DNA from: a candidate division FCPU426 bacterium
Lineage (GTDB): Bacteria > Oederibacteriota > PGYV01 > Palsa-1178
Assembly: GCA_963840035.1 (NCBI GenBank)
Contig: CAWIXE010000001.1
Location: forward strand, 384,001-448,000
Length of the DNA: 64,000 nucleotides
Direction of reading: 5' to 3'
The notes beneath the pieces were generated by a model. The model saw only the letters and a list, made by a program, of their open reading frames with translations. It was not told the DNA's origin and searched no databases. Shown one piece after another: positions 11,198-21,699 of the stretch. The position numbers and the translations under genes are program-made. Position 1 is the first letter of the stretch. Each line of letters opens with the position of its first letter.

Positions 11198-13733
11198 TTA
11201 TCCGACGCCTTTGTCATCTTCCAGGTCAGGCAGCGGAGGAAGTTCGTCCGGAAGCTTTAAATCCTCTTTTTTCGCGGCCGGAGGCGCGGCTGGTTTGCCC
11301 ATAAGTTCCGGAGGCACTACCGTCCCCTTGCCTGGCAGCTCAACTTTTTTTGAATTCATTGACATGGCGTCAAAATTTAAAAGGTCATTTACCGTGGGAA
11401 GCTTTTCATCCGGTTTCGCTGCCGGGGCGGCCATTGGTGTGTCCATGGCATTTCTCTGAATTTTAAAGCCTCCCTGCTCGGGCTGCCGGGGAGTTGCTTC
11501 AGCGGCCTGTGGAAGCGGCTTAATTGCCGCGTCCGGCTGTGAAAGACCCGATGGCTTCGGCCCCTCGGGCGGCTTTATCGCGGCCGGTTTTCCGGTATCA
11601 GCGGAAGATTTCGGAAGCGATATGACAAATGTCTTTCCTTTTCCTATTTCAGATTCTATTGTTATTTCGCCGCCCATGTTATTTACAATGGCTTTTATTA
11701 TGGGGAACCTTAAACCGCTGTTTACAAACTCAGGGCCTGCTCCGGATTCCGGCCCGTGGAAATTAACGAAAAGGACGCCCGCTTTTGACTGCGGCATGGA
11801 CATCCCGAAATCACTCACCCTTATTATTACGTTTTTGCCGTCTTCCTTTGTCTCCACCAGCACCTGTCCGCCCCTCGGCGATACCTTAATGGCCTGGTTT
11901 AAAAGCTGGCTTGTAACGCTGGATAACCTGCCGGAATCCCCGAACGCCGTGGGCAGTGTCGGCGAAAAATTCACTTTCATATCGACTTTTTTAATATCAG
12001 CCTGGGGCTGTATCGCGAATATGACATCCTGTATCACGGTGTTGATCTCAAGCGGCTGCCTGCCGAGTTTTATCTCCCCTTTTTCAAGCCTTGCCAGCTC
12101 CGTTAAGTCATTGATCAGCCTTTCCAGCCTTGCCGATTTATTTATGACAACCCCGAGAAACTGCTGCTGCGCGTCGGTTATCTTTCCTTCGCCGCCGAGC
12201 ACAGAGGAAATATATGTTTTAATGACGGATAAAACTCCCTTTAATTCGGTATTCATCATGAGGACCGAGTCCATCCTCATATTTTCCTTTTCAACAGGCA
12301 CTTTTGATTCCTGGGCTTTTTTGAGTTCCTGTTTTTCCTTATCAAGGGCTTTTTCAGCGGCCGATAATTTCGCCGCCCAATCCGCCTTTTCAGACTCAAG
12401 TTTTTGCTCCGCTTCCTTTTTAACCTTCGGGACCTCGGATTTTAATTTTGCTATCTCATCCTCAAGTGCTGCCTTGCCGTTCTCTGCGATCTTAATGGCG
12501 TCGCGAAGTTCGGATATTTCCATGTCTGATTTTGACGCTTCCTTTGAGAGTTCTTCTTCGCTTTCCTTGAGCATGGCGGAAAGCTTTCCCGCCTTTTCTT
12601 CCGAGGACTTCACCCTTCCTCCGAGTATGACAAGGGAGTCAAGAAGCTTCTTATACTCGCCTTTTTTTATCTTCGGAAGAAGTTCCTGGAAGCTCGCTTC
12701 ATCTATGTGAGTTAAAGCTTTTACTATCCTCTTAAGCGGGGCGTAAGGCTCGGCGCTGATTGAAAAAACCATTATAAGCGCCAGCAGCAGGACTGCCGCG
12801 AGTATCGCGTAAACCGGGGCGATAAGCGATGTGTCCATAAATACCATCTGTTCTGTTTTCGGGTTTGTCCTTATTGATTTGTAATCCGCGTATGGGGTAA
12901 ATACCAGTATTACCATTTCAAGGGCTTCCTGTGTCTTATAACCCAGGCTTCCCTTCAGGCCGTTATACTGCCCTTCCTTGACGTTCTTTCCGGTCTCATC
13001 CTCGTTTACCGCGGCTTTTATGTCCGCGTTTGAGAAGCACGTTTTCAGTGTTTTCCTTGGAAGCGTCTGAATTTAGAAGCACTGACCCGGAAGTGTTCAC
13101 TATCATGTTCACTCCGTTTTTGGATATGACGCTTTTTCTCATTGCGTTGGCTTTTTCCGATATGTCTGATTTTACATAAAGAACCGCGGCCAGCTTGTCC
13201 TTGGCGTCAAAGATAGGAACAAAATACTCCGCCGTGCCGGCCGTAAAGTTTATTTCAAATATCGCGTTTTTGGACGATGTAGCCTGTATGAATTTTGTGT
13301 TTGATTTAAGGTTAATGGCTTTCAAGGTATCCTTGTTTGCCTCAACCACGTTTCCGGCGGGCAATAAAAGGGCCATATCTTCTTTCATAAGTTTCGCGGT
13401 CTTTAAGAAAACCGCTTTTACTTTCTGGGCCTGGTCTTTCTTTGAAAAATTCGCGGTTTTGATGGTTTTATCATTGATAATTCCGGCGTATTTTTTAAGG
13501 GCTGTTCCGGGGTTTAACTCCTCAACCTGCCTGCTTAACTCATCCACCTTATTCAACACCTGAGAGTTCACCACGTCTATTTCCTTTACATTGTCCGCGT
13601 AAAGAACCCGCTGTTTCATGTTATTGATGGACGCCACCCTTTTGGCGTCAAAATGGTACATGAGGTATACCGGTACGGCAAATACCAGTATTATAAGAAA
13701 TATTACCTTTGTCAAAAGGCTTGACTTGTTCAT
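11198..13733 (-). pseudogene. Membrane sensor histidine-kinase-like protein split by a one-base frameshift (ORFs 12996-13733 and 11198-12916)
   Basis: Removing one A in CTC-AAAC-GCG (13029-13031) joins both ORFs; the 2536 nt span equals 3n+1. Layout: TM, Cache-like domain, TM, coiled coil, DHp-HATPase-like, Pro-rich tail. Confidence 0.75.
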
Positions 13734-13759
13734 TATGGATCCTCCTGCGGGGAAAAAAC

Positions 13760-16234
13760 TTATTTAGCTTTTTCTTCTCCGCTATCTGTTTCTTCTTCTT
13801 CCACTACGCGGGCGACCGCGCCGACAGCCTCTCCGTCTTTGAGCTTTATGAGGCGCACTCCCTGCGTGTTTCTTCCTATTGTTTTGATGTCCTTAATCTT
13901 TGTCCTTATCAGCGTCCCTTTGGTGGTAATCAGTATGAGCTCATCCGTGTCGCTGACAAGCTTTATGTCGACCACGCTTCCGGTCTTGTCGGTTACTTTT
14001 ACGTTAATGAGCCCTTTTCCGCCGCGGCTCTGTTCCCTGTACTCCTTTACCTTTGTCCTCTTGCCGAACCCTTTTTCTGTGACAGTAAGGAGCGTTACGT
14101 CCTTATCTTCGGAATGCAGTACGGTCATGGAAACAACCTTGTCCTTCTTGTCGAGGTTGATGCCGCGCACTCCCATTCCTGTCCTTCCTATCTCCCTGAT
14201 ATCCTTGGCGTCAAAGCGTATGGCCTTGCCTTCGCTTGTGGCTATGAATATCTGGTCCTGCACCTTTGCCAGCTTTGTCTCTATCAGGGCGTCGCCTTCG
14301 CTTAAACCTATGGCAATGATGCCGCCGGAGCGCGGATTGGCAAAGAGCGACAGGTTTGTCCTCTTTACCGTCCCGTCCTGCGTGACCATCAGCAGGAACT
14401 GGTCATCCTTAAAATCCTTTACCGCGACATAAGCCGCTATTTTTTCGCCGTCCTCAATTTTAATCATGTTTACTATTGCCTTGCCCTTGGCAGTCCTTGC
14501 CGCCTCGGGTATCTCGTAAACCTTAAGCCAGTGGCAGCGGCCTTTGGAGGTAAAGAACATCATGTAATCGTGGGTATTGGCCACGAAGACATCCTGGACA
14601 AAATCCTCATCCTGCGTGGTGACGGCTATGATTCCCCTGCCGCCGCGCTTCTGGGCTTTGTATGAAGTGGACGGTGTCCTTTTGATAAACCCTTTATGGG
14701 TCATGGTCACTATCATGTCCTCTTCCTGTATCATATCCTCAACCGTGAGCTCTTTTTCTTTTTGTATTATTTCCGTCCTGCGCGGGTCCGCGAACTTGTT
14801 CTTTATGTCAAGAAGCTCAACCGTGATAAGCGCGAGCATTTTCTTTTCGCTTGCCAGCAGCGACTTTAATTCCTCAATGAGTTTTTTCAGCTCCGCGAGT
14901 TCTTTCTCGATCTTCTCGACTTCAAGGGCAGTTAACTGCTGCAGTTTCATGTCGAGGATGGCCTGCGCCTGTATCGGCGTGAGTTTGAAAGTCTTAATCA
15001 GCCCTTCTTTTGCCTCTTCCACATTATCGGAAGCCCTGATGAGCTTTATTACCCTGTCAAGGTACTTTAAGGCAATCAGCAACCCTTCAAGTATGTGGGC
15101 GCGTCTCTCTGCCTTTTTCAGTTCGAACTTTGTCCTTCTTATGATAACTTCTTTCCTGAACTCGATAAAGTTCTGGAGCACTTCCTTTAGTGAAAGGGTC
15201 TTCGGCCTGCCGTTGACCAGCGCTAGCATGTTAATACCGAACGTCGTGCGCATTACCGTATGCTTGTAAAGCTGGTTTAAGATAACTTCCGCGTTGTCGT
15301 TCCTGGATATTTCAACGACCGCCCTTACTCCGTCCTTGTCAGACTCGTCGCGCAGGTCTGTTATTCCCTCTATCTTTTTATCGCGCACCAGGTCTGATAT
15401 GGTCTCAAGCAGCTGCGCTTTATTTACCATGTAAGGAAGTTCTGTTATGACTATCTGCTGCTTTCCTTTTTTTGTTTCCTCTATCTTGACCTTTGACTGC
15501 ATGGTAATGGAGCCGCGCCCGGTTTCATACGCTTTTTTGATGCCTTCCCTGCCGATAATATACGCTCCCGTCGGAAAATCAGGGCCGCTTACTATCTTTA
15601 AAAGGTCGTCTGTCTTTATATTTTTGTCCTTGTTTTCTATTATATATATAGTGGCGTCAATTATCTCTCCCAGGTTATGCGGCGGTATGTTTGTGGCCAT
15701 GCCGACAGCGATGCCTGATGAGCCGTTAACCAGCAGCTGAGGGAACCTTACCGGAAGTACCGTGGGTTCCTTTCCTGATTCGTCATAGGTCGGGATAAAG
15801 TCAACGGTGTCCTTATCAAGGTCTTTTATAAGCTCTTCCGTTATCTTCTGCATCCTTGCTTCCGTATAACGCATGGCCGCGGGCGGGTCTCCGTCGACGG
15901 ATCCGAAATTTCCCTGTCCGTCAATCAAAGGCATCCTGAATGTAAAAGTCTGCGCCATCCTGACTAACGCTTCGTAAATGGATGAGTCTCCGTGCGGATG
16001 GTAATTTCCCATCACTTCTCCGACTATCTTCGCGCATTTCCTGTAAGGCTTTCCATAATATAATCCCACATCATAAGTTGAAAAAAGTATCCTTCTCTGT
16101 ACGGGCTTTAAACCGTCGCGTACGTCGGGAAGGGCCCTTCCAACGATAACTGACATGGAGTAATCGAGATATGATGTCTGCATCTCGTCTTCCAATATTG
16201 CCGGCTGTATCCTGGAAATTATCTGTTCATCCAT
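13760..16234 (-). CDS. gyrA: DNA gyrase subunit A
   Basis: GRALPDVRDGLKP, AAMRYTE, GyrA box QKRGGRG. Confidence 0.98.
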   Translation of the reverse strand: MDEQIISRIQPAILEDEMQTSYLDYSMSVIVGRALPDVRDGLKPVQRRILFSTYDVGLYYGKPYRKCAKIVGEVMGNYHPHGDSSIYEALVRMAQTFTFRMPLIDGQGNFGSVDGDPPAAMRYTEARMQKITEELIKDLDKDTVDFIPTYDESGKEPTVLPVRFPQLLVNGSSGIAVGMATNIPPHNLGEIIDATIYIIENKDKNIKTDDLLKIVSGPDFPTGAYIIGREGIKKAYETGRGSITMQSKVKIEETKKGKQQIVITELPYMVNKAQLLETISDLVRDKKIEGITDLRDESDKDGVRAVVEISRNDNAEVILNQLYKHTVMRTTFGINMLALVNGRPKTLSLKEVLQNFIEFRKEVIIRRTKFELKKAERRAHILEGLLIALKYLDRVIKLIRASDNVEEAKEGLIKTFKLTPIQAQAILDMKLQQLTALEVEKIEKELAELKKLIEELKSLLASEKKMLALITVELLDIKNKFADPRRTEIIQKEKELTVEDMIQEEDMIVTMTHKGFIKRTPSTSYKAQKRGGRGIIAVTTQDEDFVQDVFVANTHDYMMFFTSKGRCHWLKVYEIPEAARTAKGKAIVNMIKIEDGEKIAAYVAVKDFKDDQFLLMVTQDGTVKRTNLSLFANPRSGGIIAIGLSEGDALIETKLAKVQDQIFIATSEGKAIRFDAKDIREIGRTGMGVRGINLDKKDKVVSMTVLHSEDKDVTLLTVTEKGFGKRTKVKEYREQSRGGKGLINVKVTDKTGSVVDIKLVSDTDELILITTKGTLIRTKIKDIKTIGRNTQGVRLIKLKDGEAVGAVARVVEEEETDSGEEKAK

Positions 16235-16266
16235 TTATGTTATTCTCCGTTCAATTTGTAAAATTA

Positions 16267-17373
16267 TTATTTTCTGATGGGCATTACTATGTAGAGGTAC
16301 TCGTCGTCGCCTTTTGCCTTCATGACGCCCGGATTCATCGAGCTTATTAATTTTAATTCCACTGAATCGGTTTCAACCACTTTTAATACATCCATAATAT
16401 AAGCGGCGTTATATGAGACTTCTATGGGCTCGCCGTCATATTTTATGTCTATTTCTTCCATGCCCTCTCCCTCATCCTGGGCCTGCGAAGTAATGGTAAG
16501 CTTATTTTTTTCAAGTTTTAAAATTACAATCTTTGACTTATCGGAAGTGATAGTGGCTGCCCTTCTTACGGCCGACGCCAGGTCTTCTTTTCCTATTATG
16601 GCTTCCATGGAAAATTCCTTTGGTATGACCTGGTTATAGTTGGGGTAATTCTCGTCTATTATCCTTGAGACAATGTCGATATTTTCGAGCTGAAATTCTA
16701 TAACCTTGTCATAAAAATTAATTGTAAGTTCTTTTTTCTCGTCATCCGATAAAACTTTCGCGATCTCATTTATGGTGCGCAGCGGTATGATATATTCAAA
16801 TTTTGATTTGAGCCCCGATTTTATCTCTGTCTTGCAGTAAGCCAGCCTGTGAGCGTCTGTGGCAACTGCTTCTATCTTGTTATTTTCAAATTTAAAAAAT
16901 ACCCCGTTTAAATTTCTTTTTGAAGTATCTTTTAACGCCGCGTAGGATATCCTCGCTATTATGGTCTTTAATAATTTCTGCGGTATTTTTAATGTCTCAA
17001 GCTTTTTTTCATCAGGCTGAAGAACGGGAAAATCCTCCGCTGGAAGGCCGTTAATTTTATATGAGGCTTTTTTGCATACCACTTTTGTATTATCGCTTTT
17101 ATCAGTCTCTATTTTTATATCATCATCTGTAAATTCTTTTATAAGCGCTATGATCTTTTTTGGTATGGTTGTTTTTCCGGGCTGTTCTATTTTTTCAACT
17201 TTGCATTTAATCCTGACTGATATATCCATGTCTGTGGCCGAGAGATAAAGAAAATCATTATCAGCTTCAAATAATATGTTCGATAACAGTGGTAATGTCG
17301 CTCCCGTCGATATAAAATACTGGGCAATCTGCAGGGACTCCAGGATCTCGTTCTTTTTTGTCTTTAATTTCAT
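16267..17373 (-). CDS. dnaN: DNA polymerase III beta clamp
   Basis: LSATD, VATDAHRL, YPNY, C-terminal VMPIR; downstream of dnaA. Confidence 0.96.
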   Translation of the reverse strand: MKLKTKKNEILESLQIAQYFISTGATLPLLSNILFEADNDFLYLSATDMDISVRIKCKVEKIEQPGKTTIPKKIIALIKEFTDDDIKIETDKSDNTKVVCKKASYKINGLPAEDFPVLQPDEKKLETLKIPQKLLKTIIARISYAALKDTSKRNLNGVFFKFENNKIEAVATDAHRLAYCKTEIKSGLKSKFEYIIPLRTINEIAKVLSDDEKKELTINFYDKVIEFQLENIDIVSRIIDENYPNYNQVIPKEFSMEAIIGKEDLASAVRRAATITSDKSKIVILKLEKNKLTITSQAQDEGEGMEEIDIKYDGEPIEVSYNAAYIMDVLKVVETDSVELKLISSMNPGVMKAKGDDEYLYIVMPIRK

Positions 17374-17635
17374 GTACTCCTCCTTTTAATTTGTCCACAT
17401 TTTTTGGTTTACAACAGTAATAATACTCTTATGTATATATAAAGATTGTTGCTGTTGTTGTACTGTTAATTACCTTAATAACTTTAAAGTTCCTTAAAAA
17501 AATAGCTTATTTAAACCTTATTAATGTTAATTATAGCTATATTTTAATACATAAAGGGCTATTTATCCACAATAAACTTAAGGCTGAATTTATTATCAAC
17601 AGCCCATAACAGGGTAATACACATACTATTAACAG
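17374..17635. other. oriC, dnaA-dnaN part with a probable unwinding element
   Basis: AT-rich; DnaA boxes TTATCCACA (17563-17571), TTGTCCACA (17391-17399) and TTATCAACA (17593-17601); trinucleotide run at 17446-17460. Confidence 0.8.
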
Positions 17636-18979
17636 TTATTTTTTGATCCTTACTATGAGTTCTTCCACTGTGGTCCTGAATTTATCGTCTGATTTCATGA
17701 GCTGTTCCACTTTCTTATTGGCGTGCATGACGGTGGTGTGGTCCTTGCCCCCGAAATACTGCCCAATCTGAACCAGAGAATAGTCAGTAAGCGTCCTCGT
17801 TATATACATGGCTATCTGCCTGGCGTTTGCAATATTTTCCGGCCTTTTTCTTGATGAAAGGTCCTGTACTTTTATGCCGTAATATTCGGCTACAACCTGC
17901 TGTATAAGGTCGATGCCTATTTTTTTATTTGATTCAAATAAAGGGTTGGTAAGCTTAAGCGCCTGTTTTGCCAGGTCCAGGCTTATGTCATTGCCCGGCT
18001 GCATGGAGAGCGCTATCATGGTGACGAACGCGGAGCCAAGCGAACGTACGCTAGTATCCACGTGGTCGGCTATGAACGAGAGTATATTGTCCGGGATGAC
18101 CCTGTTTATTTCCTTTGCCTTTAAGCGCAGTATGGCGACCCTGGTTTCAAAGTTAGGCGGCTGAATGTCGGCGATAATGCCGGCTGCAAAGCGCGATTTT
18201 AAGCGGTCTTCCAGCTTTAATTCCTGGGGAGGCGAATCTGACGTGGCCACAATCTGTTTGTTTAAGTTCGTCAGTTCGTTAAATGTATGGAAAAATTCCT
18301 CCCTTGCCTGCTCGCCTTTCTGGAGGAACTCGATATCGTCGACTAAAAGAAGGTCGGCGCTGCGGTACTTTTCCTTGAATTCGTCCATCTTTTTATTGCC
18401 TATGTGCTGGACCACTTCTATGATGAATTTCTCCGCTGTGGTAATTAATATTTTTGTCTGCGGATTTTTCTCGTATACCAAATTGCCTATGGCGTGCAAA
18501 AGGTGTGTCTTGCCGAGCCCTACGCCGCCGTATATGAATAAAGGGTTATATGTCTGCCCCGGCGCCTCTGCAACTGCCTTGGAGGCCGCGTGGGCGAACC
18601 TGTTGGCGTCGCCTACAATAAAGTTGTCAAATTTGAACTTGGGGTTAAGGTAAGGTATGTGCCCTGAAGGGGAATCAAGGGGAAGCGGTATCTGCTGGCC
18701 CTTAATGATGATCTTGTGCTCGTTATCCTTCTTGTCAGAGGCTGATTTTTTTACCTCAATGGAAAAAGAAACCGAGTCATTGACGGATGATTTTAACGCG
18801 TTTAAAACATCATCCACAAATTTTTCATTCAGGTTTTTTTTATGAAGGCTGCTTGGCACTTCTATGACGCACCTGTTCTCCGCGCTGTCAAAGGCTGCCG
18901 TTGATTTATCAAGCCACATATAAAGGGTAGGTGATTCCGCCTTTATTTTTTCTAAAATTTCATTCCAGTCAAAAGCCAT
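17636..18979 (-). CDS. dnaA: Chromosomal replication initiator DnaA
   Basis: YNPLFIYGGVGLGKTHL, LLLVDDIEFL, GGKDHTTVMHA. Confidence 0.98.
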   Translation of the reverse strand: MAFDWNEILEKIKAESPTLYMWLDKSTAAFDSAENRCVIEVPSSLHKKNLNEKFVDDVLNALKSSVNDSVSFSIEVKKSASDKKDNEHKIIIKGQQIPLPLDSPSGHIPYLNPKFKFDNFIVGDANRFAHAASKAVAEAPGQTYNPLFIYGGVGLGKTHLLHAIGNLVYEKNPQTKILITTAEKFIIEVVQHIGNKKMDEFKEKYRSADLLLVDDIEFLQKGEQAREEFFHTFNELTNLNKQIVATSDSPPQELKLEDRLKSRFAAGIIADIQPPNFETRVAILRLKAKEINRVIPDNILSFIADHVDTSVRSLGSAFVTMIALSMQPGNDISLDLAKQALKLTNPLFESNKKIGIDLIQQVVAEYYGIKVQDLSSRKRPENIANARQIAMYITRTLTDYSLVQIGQYFGGKDHTTVMHANKKVEQLMKSDDKFRTTVEELIVRIKK

Positions 18980-19191
18980 TATTTAATTGCCACCTCATCA
19001 TAAGATATCCACATAATCAACAGTGTTAACTTTGAACATATACACCAAATAAACAACCATGTTTTTAAGGCATTTTATTACTTATCCACAAACGCAGTCT
19101 GCGTGTTGTTAACAATTTAATAACAATGATTTTAGTAGAACAATACTCACTAAAACATGGCTTATTATAACATATCAGTAATTAATTTCAA
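18980..19191 (-). promoter_or_regulatory. dnaA promoter and upstream DnaA boxes
   Basis: TTATCCACA (19082-19090) and ATATCCACA (19005-19013); minus-strand TTGAAA-16-TATAAT with extended -10 (19164-19191). Confidence 0.75.
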
Positions 19192-19193
19192 CA

Positions 19194-19232
19194 AAAAAAA
19201 ACCCCGGATGGCGAATAACCATCCGGGGTTTT
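19194..19232 (-). terminator. Intrinsic terminator
   Basis: AAAACCCCGGATGG-loop-CCATCCGGGGTTTT stem with a long A/T tract. Confidence 0.85.
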
Positions 19233-19266
19233 GCCTTCAACTGAAATTAAGCTGTTTTAATATTTA

Positions 19267-20565
19267 TTACTTTCCCCACTTGTAATTCAGGGCTATGCTT
19301 GAAGCAAGTGCATCTCCGCCAAGCGAGTTTCCTGATATGAAATACGGCCCATAAAGCAGGATTGCCGGGTTGAGAAGCGCATCGATCGATAGGTCTCCGA
19401 TAGTGCCTGTTACTCCGATAGTGCCTGAGACTGCACCGTTTGAATACAGGTTAGTTGTGCAGGTTTCACCGGTCTTTTTTCCATCGGTCGTTGACTGTGC
19501 GATATTATTGGCATAATTAAGCTGAAGCAGCTGTTTGTAAACGCCGGCGCTCATTGACCATGTTTCATTGAGTTTGCATGTTATGGCAACATAGACTGGT
19601 ATCTGGAAATTTTTTGTATTGGTGATGTTGGCATCATATGTCTTTGTTGTTGTCTTTGCTACCTTATTTTCTAAGGTTGCAACAGCGCCGTTGCTTGTGA
19701 ATTTTGAGTATAACCCTGAGCCATAGGTGATTGCCATGGTGTCGGATACTTTCATGGTGTTTGCGCCGTCGATATTTACCGACCAATCAGTGTTAGCGGT
19801 GGAAGCAATTGTCCATGTGTCGCCCGTATCCGTGAAGCTGCCGTTTGCGTTAGCGTCAACCATGTTAGTTGTTGACCTTGTGCCTGTGGTGATATTTCCC
19901 ATTAAGTTAAGCATCCAGCCGTTGATCTTTGTCCTGCCATTCATGTCGATTGCCAGGAGGGTATCGCCTGTCCAGCTTTCTCCAACAAGCTTACCGTCAG
20001 TATTAAAGTTCCTGACCTGGTTGGTTTCTATTCTTCCCGGGATTGTCAACGCGATAGATGAGTCAACAGGAAGGTCAGCCACTTTTAAGGATGCGCCAAC
20101 ATTGACCTTGATGTAGGAATTATTATCGCCGGCTGTTGAGTCTTTTTCCTTGTTAAATATGTTTTCGTTAAAATCAGTGATTCTCTGTCCATACAGGACG
20201 TATCCGCCTACATTCATTGCGCCTAAATTTGTTCCGTAAAAAGCTCCCGTAACGGCAGGAAGAACATAGACCATGCCAAGTCCGCCCGGAATAGCAATTC
20301 CAGGGTTCGATCTGCCTGAAATTCCGACCACGCCAAGAGATGTATCAATGAAGGAATATGCGGAAGGATTGTCGAAATCGGTCATTTCAACAACGGCGAT
20401 ATTCTTAAAGTTCTGAATCAGGGACGGATAAACATTTACGATCTGGTCAAGATTTGTCATGGTCACAGGAAGTCCGCCGAGCGACAACAGTTTTGTCTGC
20501 GACGCGAATGCGGATGAAGCGAAAACGAGTGAAACAATGGCAATTACGACTAAAAATTTCTTCAT
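19267..20565 (-). CDS. Probable major outer-membrane beta-barrel/surface protein
   Basis: Signal peptide MKKFLVV...AFA, GGAGG RBS, amphipathic strands rich in T/N/G, C-terminus IALNYKWGK. Confidence 0.6.
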   Translation of the reverse strand: MKKFLVVIAIVSLVFASSAFASQTKLLSLGGLPVTMTNLDQIVNVYPSLIQNFKNIAVVEMTDFDNPSAYSFIDTSLGVVGISGRSNPGIAIPGGLGMVYVLPAVTGAFYGTNLGAMNVGGYVLYGQRITDFNENIFNKEKDSTAGDNNSYIKVNVGASLKVADLPVDSSIALTIPGRIETNQVRNFNTDGKLVGESWTGDTLLAIDMNGRTKINGWMLNLMGNITTGTRSTTNMVDANANGSFTDTGDTWTIASTANTDWSVNIDGANTMKVSDTMAITYGSGLYSKFTSNGAVATLENKVAKTTTKTYDANITNTKNFQIPVYVAITCKLNETWSMSAGVYKQLLQLNYANNIAQSTTDGKKTGETCTTNLYSNGAVSGTIGVTGTIGDLSIDALLNPAILLYGPYFISGNSLGGDALASSIALNYKWGK

Positions 20566-20721
20566 TAAGTTCCCTCCTAGGATTTTTAACTCTTTTGCCG
20601 ACCTTTTTTCAGAAGAATGTAATGCATTCTTCCACGAAATTAAGCTGTACCACCCCCTTTCAAGGGTTTTATACAACAAATTTTGTATTAGTCTGCGAAA
20701 TTTTCCCTATATCTTAAACTA

Positions 20722-20749
20722 ATTATAACATTTTTTTTAGAAATGTCAA
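20722..20749 (-). promoter_or_regulatory. Consensus sigma70 promoter
   Basis: TTGACA-16-TATAAT with TGn extension. Confidence 0.75.
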
Positions 20750-20789
20750 TATTTATTGGCTATTTATAGGCCGGCGGTCTTTAAGGGGA

Positions 20790-21575
20790 TTATTGCGTTT
20801 TTTGGTGGCCGGAGGCCGACTGATCAACGGTTTTATTCTCATTGGAGGCCTGTTTAAGCTCGGCTTCATGGAGCATTTGCTGCATGTTAAAATTGAATGA
20901 GAATGTGGCAAAATCAATGGCCCTGCCATAGATGCATCTTTTATTGACGTCAGCGCCGGCATTTATCAAGGCCCTGACATTCTCCATGCTGCCGTTGAAT
21001 ACGGCCTGCATCAGCGGGGTAAATCCTTCTGCTGACTGTTCATCAAGCCGCGCCCCTTTTTTTATGAGAATTTCAGTTATTTCGGGGGAAGGCAATTTTG
21101 CCGCGGCCATCAAAGGAGTCATTCCTGTCCTGGTCTTTTGGAAAATATCAGCCCCTTTTTCAATTAAAAACGAGGTCATTGTCGGGCTGCCGGCGTCGAC
21201 TGCCATATATAAGGAAGTTTTCATGTCTTCGGCTGTTGCCGTTAAGTTCGCGCCGGCTGAAACCAGGTAAAAGGCCGTATCATAACACTTTGACCTTACT
21301 GACCTTAAAAGCGCCGTGTCACCGTCATCGCAAGCAAGGTTTATATCCGCGCCTTTTTCTATCAGGTACCGGCACATATCAGTATCGCCTTTGCCGGCGG
21401 CAATCATCAGGCCTGTAGAGCCGTCATATTGCCTGAAGTTAATGGGAAAATTTTCTGTTTCCACGTATGTTTTCATCAGGCCGAGGTTTGAGTCGGAAAT
21501 TGCGCTGAAAAATTTGATTGAGGCGCAGGAAACCAGCATGAGAGAAATACACACCATGACAATAATTTTTTTCAA
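20790..21575 (-). CDS. Ankyrin-repeat lipoprotein
   Basis: Lipobox LVSC; repeated G.TPLM.A...LI.KGADIN. Confidence 0.9.
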   Translation of the reverse strand: MKKIIVMVCISLMLVSCASIKFFSAISDSNLGLMKTYVETENFPINFRQYDGSTGLMIAAGKGDTDMCRYLIEKGADINLACDDGDTALLRSVRSKCYDTAFYLVSAGANLTATAEDMKTSLYMAVDAGSPTMTSFLIEKGADIFQKTRTGMTPLMAAAKLPSPEITEILIKKGARLDEQSAEGFTPLMQAVFNGSMENVRALINAGADVNKRCIYGRAIDFATFSFNFNMQQMLHEAELKQASNENKTVDQSASGHQKTQ

Positions 21576-21699
21576 ATGAAGCTCCTTATGATTTTATTTA
21601 TTTTATCAGTAATAAGCGGTAAACGCAAAGAAAAAATTTACAGGTTGATTACGGCAAAACACTGTGATATTATTAGGAAAATAATCGATGGAGGGTAAC

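Noticed and set aside
11622..12710. 362-aa plus-strand ORF and other long antisense ORFs (e.g. 14577-15269, 6064-6660)
   Set aside because: Ser/Phe-rich mirror frames of real minus-strand genes, with no recognisable motifs
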